64,000 nucleotides of DNA from Paraspadella gotoi (taxonomy: Eukaryota; Animalia; Chaetognatha), in NCBI GenBank assembly GCA_051294375.1, contig JBJCIZ010000028.1, positions 678,837 through 742,836 of the forward strand, read 5' to 3'. Below are positions 25,209 to 35,483 of this stretch, piece after piece. A program made the position numbers and the translations under genes. The notes beneath the pieces were generated by a model. That model saw only the letters and a list, made by a program, of their open reading frames with translations. It was not told the DNA's origin and ran no database searches. Every line of letters starts with the position of its first letter. The first letter of the stretch is position 1.

Positions 25209-25411
25209 TATTCTTATATAACCCTATTCTTATACAAAACTGATCTGACAAAATTAGACCTATTCTTATATAACCCTATTCTTATACAAAACTGATCTGA
25301 CAAAATTAGACCTATTCTTATATTGTAAGAGATGATTATTTAATATATCTGGCAACAGAGCCCCCCTTATAATATAACCCTATTCTTATACAAAACTGAT
25401 CTGACAAAATT
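25209..25411. repeat. 50-bp repeat, 3 copies
   Basis: taaccctattcttatacaaaactgatctgacaaaatt at about 25220, 25271 and 25375. Confidence 0.8.
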
Positions 25412-25751
25412 CATGGGGTCCATCTATGTTGGACTGCCGAAAATAGTTTCGCTATAGTTTCTTGTTCGTACCGTTGATTTTGATATTGAGAAACTAAGCC
25501 TCTTGGTCCCTTGGAAGATTTTTCGGTCCTGATATTTAATTTTATTTTGTTTTTAGTTTTATTACATTTCATTTTTTGGAGGTCGTCGTTGCTTACGACT
25601 CTGTGATACGAATTTTTTCTTTGACTTTTTGTTGACTTTTTCGTTGCACATAATCATTTCGTTCTTTTTGACAATCATGTTTTTTTTACACGTACATCAA
25701 TTTTATTTCATTTAAATTAGTTTAAAAAAAAAAAAAAAACGCGCAACAAAA

Positions 25752-27361
25752 ATGCGTAAACTCAAGCATCACGAGCGAAAACTTCTCAAGAAAAGTCGAC
25801 TTCATCTCTTGGAAAGCGGACGACAATCTGAAGGAGGTGAAAGTCCTCCGTCGTATCGCGTCCAAAAGCCGGGAACACTACGCCAAGTACCTGCAAACTC
25901 TCTTCCGGCATCCACGATCTGCTCAAGAGCCTCCTCGCTCTTCAGCCAAAGATCCTTTCAGGATCAGAGCCTCCGCGCAGTTTCTGGACAAGCTCTACGG
26001 CATGGGGCTCATTCCGGACAAGTCCAGGCGAGTTTGTTGGTTTAGATGTAAAAGGAAGGAGACTCATTTAGTTTGATTTTTCAATGTGAACACAGATACT
26101 AGGAAAGTCGAATTTGAATGTTAAAAACAGTTAGCTTAACTAATGACTAACCGAAAGAATCTTCATCTTTTCCTCCTACTCTCTCTCTCTCTCTCTCTCT
26201 CCTCTCTCTGCTGCTTTCTCTCTCTGTGTGTTTTAGTATTGGCCCATCAGCATTAATAGACAAAAGGACCCATAAGACGTACTCGATACTGTCCAGGGTC
26301 AAGTGTAATCATTTCTATTTCTCTCTCTCTTCTCACACACACAGTTTGCAAGCCATCGTTCAAAAAGTTGGACCCATCTCCTTCTGCCGTCGACGCCTTC
26401 CGGTAATGATGCGGAGGATCGGGATGGTCGAACGCCTCGTCGACGCCGTCAAGTTCGTCGAGCAAGGTTAGTATGATGATGACGATAACCTTGATGCTGT
26501 TAAAAATGAAGATGATGGCCATGACCACATTGACGAACTCTTATAACGGATGATATCAGCAATAAATCTCGAAGTGACAGTTTTACAAGAGTTTATTTGT
26601 ATGAAATAACAGTAGGCAAAATCTAGAGAATATTTATCCAGCTCTTTCTTTTGTGAGCGCAAGAAACAATCTGATAAGAAGATTCTCAGCAAGCCTCTAA
26701 CCCTACAATTGTTATTCCCTCTCTAACCCCACCAAGTCCCCGGGCCGTATCTTATTGGCCCACAATGAAACTCCCCAATCCTTTTCTTGGTTGTGATTGG
26801 CCCGTGGCCTTCTTGGGGAAGTCTCTTTGTTCGGTCATTGGTACCTTGGTAAGTGAAGCCTCGTTGGGCTGCATCTCCTGCCGCGGCTGCTGATGGCGGG
26901 CTCTCCTGCTCCATGGTGCTGAGGGCGAGGGGAGGAAATCTGCAGCTTTTACGGTCCTATTCGTTGATGACCAATTGCAGATACCACTTCCAACTCCATT
27001 AAGACTTTGACCATGATGATAACATGGATGATGACAATGATGATGAACAATGGTTTATTTGGTCATTGTTCATGCTGATAATGATGATGAATATGATAAT
27101 GACCTTGATCATTGCAGAAACCACTTCCATGATAATAATGACAAGGCAACGTTAATAACCGAGACAATTTTCATGGTGTCGCTTACTCTTTCCCCTTCTC
27201 TTTCCGCAGGTCACGTCCGCGTAGGGACGACCCTCGTCACCGACCCCGCCTACCTCGTGACGCGTAACATGGAAGACTTCATCACTTGGACTCATTCCTC
27301 CGCCATTCGAAAACACGTCATGCAATACAACGAAGCGAGAGACGATTTCGACACCTTGTGA
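25752..27361 (+). CDS. IMP3: U3 snoRNP protein IMP3, 3 exons (indels in exon 1 are probably sequence errors)
   Basis: [88 protein letters not shown]. Exons 25752-26027, 26345-26466, 27210-27361. Confidence 0.93.
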
Positions 27362-27764
27362 CGTTTCCGGGGTTGGCGTTATTGCGTCGTGATCCGAATC
27401 GGTTCGGAATCAAAAGTGGCGGCTTGTGATCGTTTAGAAAGAGGCCACTCTATGTATCCCGCATGATTTGGGGTCGTGACGGAATTATTGTTGACTTTTA
27501 TTTTATTTTTTTTTTTAAAGCGCAGTTTTAAAAATACTTGAAACTTTTAGAAAGATAGCGTGTAGTGGTCTCAATCATTGCAACGGAGCGACGCGATCTT
27601 TAAAATACAGTTAATACTTAAGTCTGTTACTTTTTTGTTATTTATTGCCTTTGTTAATTCGTTTCAGGCTAAAAAATAATGTGCATTTAAGGGGAAATTT
27701 CTTTTTTCATTCTAAAAAAAAACTATTAACGCCAAAACCAAAAACAAAACAAAAAAATCCCGAA

Positions 27765-29696
27765 ATGGCGACGCCTCCCTCCATTAAATGGACCCCTTTG
27801 AAGCTAATGCACATGGAATACCCAGAGGGCGACCAGTTGGGCCACGTGCTGGCATGGTGCTCCATGCTGCCATTCTTCATCTTCGCCGGGATGTTGACCT
27901 TGGTGCTGTTTCGCCGAGACCTCCACACCATTTGCTTCACCGGAGGTCAGCTCGCCAACGAGGCCTTCAACCTTCTTCTCAAAAGGATCATCAAACAGCC
28001 GAGACCCGACGTGCGACACACCGTGCATTTAGGTCGGTAGATGGATAATTATTTATTATTTATTAATATTATTATTATTCTGTTATTATTATATTATTTG
28101 TTAACTTGTCGGATTCGTCGCATTCGTGGTTAAAATAATTCCGGGTTAAATTTTACTTTCGCCGACCGGGGTTTTTTGGCGTCTTTTGAAAAACCACTTA
28201 AAAATTTTTATTTTATTTTTTTTAAAATTTATTATTTAATAATTTTAACCCTAACTACCCCTAACCTTAAACTTCCCCCAAAACCACCCTTAGCCCTAAA
28301 CTCCCCCGTAACTCCGGTCGGCGAAAGTAAAATTAACCCGAATTGGGCTTCAAATGTTTTTATAAAAGATAACAATTTTCGAATTTTTTTTTTTCATAAA
28401 CTGCAGTCGTTGATGAAATAAAAAAAAAAGTTTCAAAACTCTGCTAAGAATTGGATGTATATTTCAGATCGGAAATGTAATACAAATAATTAACTAACGA
28501 TAACTAATAAAAAAAATTTAATCTGTGCCAGAATTAGAATTTTTTTTTTTTCAATTCGATTTGATATTTAATAATAATTAGTCTGTTTTTTTTTTTCCTC
28601 CAATTTTCCCCCTCTCAATCTCCCCCATCTCCCCCCTTTCCCCCTCCAGTGGAGCACGGCATGCCGTCTTCCCATTCTCAATTCGTCTGGTTCTTCTCCA
28701 TCTACTTCCTCCTCTTCGTCGTCTTCCGCGTCGTCGAGGATTCGAGATGGTGGAAGCCGGCCGTCGGCGCCGTCGCCGTCGTCGCCGCCGTCGTCGTCTC
28801 CTACTCGCGGATCTACCTCGACTACCACACGCCCGCGCAAGGTCGGTGGGGGAGATCGGGGAATTACCAGCGAGCGATGTCGTAACGCGGATTGCGGAGC
28901 AATAGACTTTGATTCCTTTGATTATTGGGAATTGATTGATTGTTTATTATTGGGAATGATTGATTATTGGGAATGATTGATTGATTGTTTATTATTGGGA
29001 ATGATTGATTGATTGTTGATTATTGGGAATTGATTGATTGTTGATTATTGGGAATGATTGATTGTTGATTATTGGGAATTGATTGATTGATTGATTATTT
29101 GGCGAATTTATTTGTATTGTGGGTCGATTGAACCTAACATTAGCGTTAGGGAAAAGTTTTTGAAAAAAGCCATAAGTGACTTAATTCATTTTTATTCCTT
29201 ATTCACCGATAAATTATTTCTTGTAACCAAGTCATAGGAGCGTTAGTTAAGCTCACCTAACATTTCTCAATTCTCATTGCCCAATCAATAAACTATATTA
29301 GGTTCGAATTATGTTACGTTTAATGTATCTCTTTGACTTTATTCCCTCGACTGTATTTTTACTTTTCATTTTTTCTTTTGATTTAACCCCCCTAACTCCC
29401 ATTTACTCCCCTCCCCCCATTTCCTTCCCCCCCCCTTCCCTTCCCCAAATCCCTCTCCACCCATCTCCAGTCTTTGCCGGTTCTTTAATCGGCGCCGCCT
29501 TCGCCGTCCTCTTCTTCGTCTTCGTCCAACGAATCCTGACTCCCTCTTCCCCATCGTCGCCGCTTCGCCTCTCGCCGAGTTCTTCCTCCTTCGAGACACG
29601 ACGCTCATCCCCAACCTCTTGGCCTTCGAATACGCCACTTCCCGGGCCGAGGCGAGGAAGCGCGCCAAGCGGGTCGAGGCTAAGAAGGGCGAGTAG
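27765..29696 (+). CDS. DOLPP1: Dolichyldiphosphatase 1 (PAP2 family), 3 exons
   Basis: [54 protein letters not shown]. Exons 27765-28032, 28650-28841, 29471-29696, with a 1-nt frameshift near 29545. Confidence 0.93.
28142..28340. mobile_element. About 200-bp MITE in DOLPP1 intron 1
   Basis: TIRs cgggttaaattttactttcgccgaccgg (28142-28169) and ccggtcggcgaaagtaaaattaacccg (28314-28340); AATT near both flanks; internal cctaac motifs. Confidence 0.7.
28918..29098. repeat. Short tandem repeat (gattattgggaatgattgatt variants)
   Basis: About 7 imperfect copies in DOLPP1 intron 2. Confidence 0.8.
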
Positions 29697-30645
29697 TGAC
29701 TCCCGAGGAGCGACCTTCCTGCAAAGCGCTCCAAAACTCCGCCGCTACGAACTCGTTACACGGTTTTTTTTTTGTTTTTTTTTTTTTTTAGTTGTGAATT
29801 TTGCGCGCGGGCGTGCGCGGTGAGTGGTGCGACTTCGTGAGAAATGTTTTTTTTTTTTAATATATATAAATCCAATTGACTTTTTTTAAAAATATTTTTA
29901 TTATTATTATTATTATTTTCGCCGTTAAAGATTCGCGCGACTATTATGTCCTCGTTCGCGTTGTTTTCGTCTATCGATTTTTTTTTTGGGGGGGGGTGGA
30001 TGGTTTTCTGGGGTTTTTTTTTTTCTTCTAACATTTTGTTACATATTATTAAATTGTCGATTTTTGTTAAATATCATTGAATTTTCGATTTTTGTTTTTA
30101 ATTAACTTTAATTTAAAAGTAGCCGTAGGATTTCCAAGAATTGAAATTGGGGGTATTCGGATTATAAATACATATATACAGTAGCATCCGTCTAGAATTT
30201 CTGAGACGGCAAGCTCTGTATATCGTCGTCGTCGACTTCGCTATCTTAAAAAAAAGTGTTGCGAGGCTTTAATGTTTATGAAATATCTCGAAATGCGATA
30301 TAATAATAAAGTTCGGAAACAGGTATATTTATTATTTTTTTTTTAATTTTTTGGGGGGACAAAGAAATTTGGGCCTAATTTTCAACAAATGCCCCATTTT
30401 ATCTAAAATTCGAAATTAGCTTAATTTTTTTTAATTGAAAAAAAAAATGAATAGAATATATATCAATTTATGGCTTCATACAGGATATTTTGCGTACTCG
30501 TCGTAAGCGGTTTTATTGGTTTGTCCTATCGTTTTTGTTGTTTGGCGGCGTTTAAAACGCGTACTTTGAATATGAGCGGATAGCTCGGAGAAAAGAGATA
30601 ATCAAAAACCTCCAATTTTATACTAAATAAAATTTAATTGTTGTT

Positions 30646-31204
30646 TCAACTTCTTCTCCCATCCTCTCCAACTCCTCATCATCCTCGATCAGCACCCTCC
30701 TCAACACCATCACTCCTTCCCTCACCCTAATCTTCTCGGGCTCTCGGGAACGCCGTTCTTCCCCGATGTGATACAGGTGTTTGGGCTTCCCTCTATCACA
30801 CGAGGAGTGATCTGTCTCGTAGAGGCTGATGAAAAATATAGAGAAAAAGTTAGTTTGAATTGTAAATTTTAAAAATAAAGTTTTATAATCTTACATGGAG
30901 ATTAGACCTTCTACATATAGTAAAGGTCTTGCGCGTTTGCCCGGTCGGTCTTGTTGACCGGGTGCCCCATGAAGAATGATGCCCTTAGGAGGCACCATTG
31001 AGAACGCGGCATCATGGGGCCGCACGAAAAGGGGAAATTCTTCTCCTCTTCTTCCACCACATAATTCTCCATCCTCTTAAAATCATACATCTCCTCAGAG
31101 ATGTATGATTTAATTGAGTTTTTCACACTTTCTAGGCAAACCATGTCTGGGACATGGTTTGCCATAGCTTCCTCATGGAGTTTCTTCCAATCAATGTCAC
31201 TCAT
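30646..31204 (-). CDS. Uncharacterised family-B protein (B1), 2 exons
   Basis: MSDIDWKKLHEE..NHVPDMVCL..PMMPRSQWCLLRASFFM; 1-nt indel near 30920; intron 30894-30826; exon 2 ILYETDHSSCDRGKPKHLYHI. Paralogous to B2 and B3. Confidence 0.65.
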
Positions 31205-31226
31205 CTGTTAATATAAATTTTTACAT

Positions 31227-31906
31227 TCAATCAAATTCATAGAGTTGGAGAATCTCATTACAATGATCAATAAAAAAATTAAGAAAAACGCTAATGTTGA
31301 TAAAACTTTTAACTACGAAATTTGAACAAGAATATTCTGGGTCTGGTCCTCCAAGAAACAAGATGTCAAAATCTTTAGCATCGTCTTTAATCCATAGTGT
31401 TGCCATTAGTCCTTTGCATAGTTTACACTCGAATTTTTGGAAGTTGGGAGATCGATTTGGGTTGAAAAGAAAATCCCTCAAGAATTTTAATCCTACAATG
31501 TTTGCCTTTAGATTTTCGACCGTCCACATGAAACTCTTGACAATTTTCATTCGATTGTCTTTTTTAACATATTTGACGTTAATGACCGCATCCTTGTTAA
31601 AGGAAATGTCTGTATAAGACTTTCAACAAAGAGCAGAAGATTTTCTGCGTTCTTGGTGTTGCTGTTGTTTGCTGGTTGTGACATGAAGAAGCCTGCTCGG
31701 AACAGGCTCCAGTGTGAACGCGGCATCATTGGCGATTTAGAAAACTTAAAGTTTAAATTTTCTTCCTTCACCAGGTAAGATTGGAAATCTTCACCTGTGT
31801 CAATTATACTTTTTAAGCAAACCATGTCTGGGTCATGGTTGCGACGTCATTTCCTTCTTTTTTTCTCCTCCGCCAACTCCCTCCAATCGATATTCGACGT
31901 TGCCAT
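31227..31906 (-). CDS. Uncharacterised family-B protein (B2), frameshifted
   Basis: MATSNIDWRELAEE..NHDPDMVCL..PMMPRSHWSLFRAGFFM aligns with B1; probably continues into ORF 31227..31550. Confidence 0.6.
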
Positions 31907-32014
31907 TTTTGTGTTTCTTTTTAAAAATCTAATTTGTTATACACAAGAAAATCCTTTTATACAATAGAAAGAGAAAAAAGAAAAAGAGAGAAACAGAGAG
32001 AGAGAGAGAGAGAG

Positions 32015-33930
32015 CGCCTTTGTAGAGTAGGCCGACAGTCTGGTGTCGTTGCTCTGTTCCAGCGCACGGTGCAGCCGGTTCGACGGAGCTACAGGCGAGG
32101 TTGTCGGGAGTCTCTGCTGATCGCCACATAGACCCGTGGGGATCCGTATACCGGGAGATTATCACACTGTCCGTTCAGAGAGGAACTGGTGACGGATGCG
32201 GCATCCGAGGGGAACGCCTAGTTGGCGGTTGGATCTCCTTCCACGCGATCTTCCGTCAGATCTGGAGACCTTCGGCACGTAGCGCATTCGGTTCAGAGTC
32301 GCCGAGATATCGATCTTTTAGCCGGAACGACTCAGAGGAGCGAACTGCAGGATCGACATGGTGCGAGCGACCGGTTTACCTTCTCCTGGAAGGCGGGAGG
32401 GCGAACCGGAACAGGAGGGGTGGAACGCACTCGAGGCCCAGATTTGGATTTTGATCGGGCCATTTGTTACTCTTCCTCCACCACTCTCCTCCGAGCGTGC
32501 CAATCCGGAGCTGGAGGTCCGTCAGGGGATCTGTCCTTCTGATCGTGCCCTTTCTGGCCAGCCAGAAGTGTTCCCGTCGTTGTTTGCCTGAAATTCTGGA
32601 GGCTCTCGAAACGCCTTTCGGTCCCAGCGGAGTGGAGCCGTCATCGACCTCAGCACGGATCTCCGCGCCGCAGGCCGACCGTCTCAAGCTGGTCGTTTGG
32701 GCAAGACTTTTCGCGCGGGCGACGACCTCGACGACCTCAGCGACTCGGCCTTCGAATCATCGCCGAGACAAGCTGGAGAGGCTCGACGCGAGACTCGTTA
32801 CGCTCGAGCTTGGAACTCCTTCTGCTCTTTCCTTCAATGTAAGGAAGGTTTGAAGGACTGATGCGTCTCTGACAGGAATTTCGGAGAGTACCTAGCCCAT
32901 CTCGTTGGGTTAGGTTGTCGTACAGCACGGTGAACCCTTACCGCTCAGCGATTTCGGCACCTTGCCTGCACATTGGGGTTCGTACTCGGTGGGAGGAACA
33001 CGCCTCGTGTCGACTCTTTTCGCTCAAGGGGACCTTCGAGGGGAGTCCCCCTACTCGCCGGATGTTTCTCCGTGGATGCGGCGTTGGTTTAGGCGTTTTG
33101 GACGTCGCGCCTCTCCCATCCGCCGTCCTCCCGCTCACGGTTCTTTCGGCGCTCTCTCTTCTTTTTCTTTTGGCACTCGCTTCGGCCAGGAGCGTCGCGA
33201 AGATAGTTTCGCTCAAGTGTGGATAAGCCCACTGCTCGTCGGCGCGATCATGGGCGTTTTGTTCGTCCAAGCTTTTCCAAGACAGCATCGCGTTGGGAGA
33301 TGGGCCGTCCTTCAGGGTGGACGCCCTGCCGGTTGTCATCGGTGTGCCCATTGCGGCTCTGAGGGAGCTGGCTCGAGTCCGCGAATGTTTAGCGCGCGTC
33401 TCGCGTTTTTCCTTTTCTGCGCCCGGGTCTTCGCCGCCCTTTATGCCGTTTTCGGCCTCAACGGTTTGCGGCGAATGCCTAAAGGCGCTCTTGTTTTGGA
33501 GGCGAATGTCGCGCTCCGCCAGGATCTACTCGTGCCATGGCGGTCCTCTGGAGCCTTCGTCCCTGGGCGTCGGGGTCTCGGCGTCATTCTCAGGGCCGGA
33601 GACTTGGTCCGGAGATCAGACCTTCTTGCGCGGGTTACTGCAGCGGACGTCTCATGGGGCGGCTTTCCGTTTGGGCGTGTCTCGGGACTAGTGCGCGTCC
33701 CCGGCTCGGCAGCAACTTCGAGCAGAGTGATGGCAGCGTCGGGACTGTGTTGGGCCCTGCAGCCAGCCTCTGGCTGACGCTGAGGCCGGGAGAGTATTTT
33801 TTCGTTTGACTTTTGTTTCTGTTTCACATGTCTGGTCACAGCGCGGTGTCCCTCGCTCTTTTGGGGAGACAAAAGGCTAATGTGCGGGGGGGTTTCGGAT
33901 AAGAAATCATAATTCCATTCAGAATTACAG
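32015..33930 (-). other. 1.9-kb GC-rich segment between about 85-bp direct repeats; possible retroelement remnant
   Basis: atttgttatacacaagaaaatccttttata..(ga)n at about 31932 and 33931; broken ORFs inside with no RT, endonuclease or transposase motif. Confidence 0.35.
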
Positions 33931-33959
33931 ATTTGTTATACACAAGAAAATCCTTTTAT

Positions 33960-34790
33960 AACAATAGAAAGAGAAAAAAGAAAAAGAGAGAAACAGAGAG
34001 AGAGAGAGAGAGAGAGAATTATAGAAAGAGAAACAGAGAGAGGAGAGAGAATTACAATAGAAAGAGGAAAAGAAAAAGAGAGAAACAGAGAGAGAGAGAG
34101 AGAATTATAGAAAGAGAAACAGAGAGAGAAAGAGAGAATTAAACATAGAAAGAGAGAAAGAAAAAGAGAGAAACAGAGAGAGAGAGAGAGAGAATTATAG
34201 AAAGAGAGAACANNNNNNNNNNNNNNNNNNNNNNNNNAGAGAGAATTATAGAAAGAGAAACAGAGAGAGAGAGAGAGAATTACAATAGAAAGAGAGAAAA
34301 GAAAAAGAGAGAAACAGAGAGAGAGAGAGAGAATTATAGAAAGAGAAACAGAGAGAGAAAGAGAGAATTACAATAGAAAGAGAGAAAGAAAAGAGAGAAA
34401 CAGAGAGAGAGAGAGAGAGAATTATAGAAAGAGAGAAACAGAGAGAGAGAGAGACAATTATAGAAAGAGAGAAACACAGAGAGAGAGAATTATAGAAAGA
34501 GAGAACAGAGAAAGAGAGAGAGAAAGAAAGAGAGAAACAATTATAGAAAGAGAAAGAGTATTATAGAAAGAGAGAGAAACAGAGAGAGAGGGAGAGAGAG
34601 AGAGACAATTATAGAAAGAGAGAAACAGAGAGAGAGAGATAGAATTACAATAGAAAGAGAGAAAAGAAAAGAGAGAAACAGAGAAAGAGAGAGAGAATTA
34701 TAGAAAGAGAGAAACAGAGAGAGAGAGAGAGACAATTATAGAAAGAGAGAAACAGAGAGAGAGAGAGAGAAAGAGAGAGAGAATTATAGA
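33960..34790. repeat. Purine-rich compound satellite (aattatagaaagagagaaaca(ga)n); second array at about 41765-42110
   Basis: About 30-50 bp units; contains a 25-N gap. Confidence 0.9.
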
Positions 34791-34849
34791 AAATCAAAAT
34801 ATATAAAATTATTACACATTTAAACAATTAATTTACATTTTTAAAACAA

Positions 34850-34992
34850 TTCAAATCAAAAGTTTTAAAAAATCATTAAAATCAAAAGTTTCTAAAATCA
34901 TTAAAATCAAAGTTTCTAAAATCATTAGGAATCAAAGTTTCTAAAATCATAAGGAATCAAAAGTTTCTAAAATCATTTAAAACAAAAGTTCT
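34850..34992. repeat. 21-23 bp tandem repeat (aatcaaaagtttctaaaatcatt); copy at about 42175-42315
   Basis: About 6 units visible. Confidence 0.8.
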
Positions 34993-35015
34993 CGTTTTTG
35001 CAGTAACCCTTTTTT

Positions 35016-35483
35016 TTACTTTTTATAATATCTTTTAAACTGTCTAATGATTTCTTCCTTCGTGTCTTTTTCATCCTCGACGTAGATGTATCTGTAGCCG
35101 CACACTTGCTCGAAGTCGTCCTCATCATCGGAGTTATCGACCTCATCTCCGAGGTCTAACCTCCCGTACACACGACGGCGTTCGAGAAGAACGCCACCCC
35201 GTCCGATTTGTTGAGGATTCCGTTTCTCACGTCCCTCCACGATGTTGTGGAGGTAGTGAGGTTTTCCCTTATCACTCTCCGAGTGATCCGATACGTCGAG
35301 GCTGGATATGTGAAAACAAAAAAAACATTTATTAAAAAAAAAAAATTGCATTTGTATTTAAAAGTGTACATATAGAAAAGAAACACAACTCTCACATGTC
35401 ATCAATTTTGGCGATTTGGTTTTTAAACTTGCCGAGCAAGAATTTTGTCGTAAGTTCGAAAGAAGGCTGCCCGGTGGAGACAC
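35016..35483 (-). pseudogene. 5'-truncated family-B gene (B3); copy at 42340-42808
   Basis: CLHRAAFF exon, then an intron at the same position and phase as B1 (AT|C), then LDVSDHSESDKGKPHYLHNI; frameshift in both copies; upstream exon absent. Confidence 0.55.

Noticed and set aside
26600-27000. Possible retroelement fragment in IMP3 intron 2
   Set aside because: No recognisable motif, terminal repeat or second copy in the window.
25752-29696. IMP3 and DOLPP1 as pseudogenes or programmed frameshifts
   Set aside because: Single-base indels in homopolymers with otherwise conserved proteins match the error pattern of the whole window.
33933-34827. ORFs translating as RERE/SLSL repeats (also 41739..42118, 48947..49186, 14002..14554)
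   Set aside because: Translations of microsatellite or minisatellite DNA.
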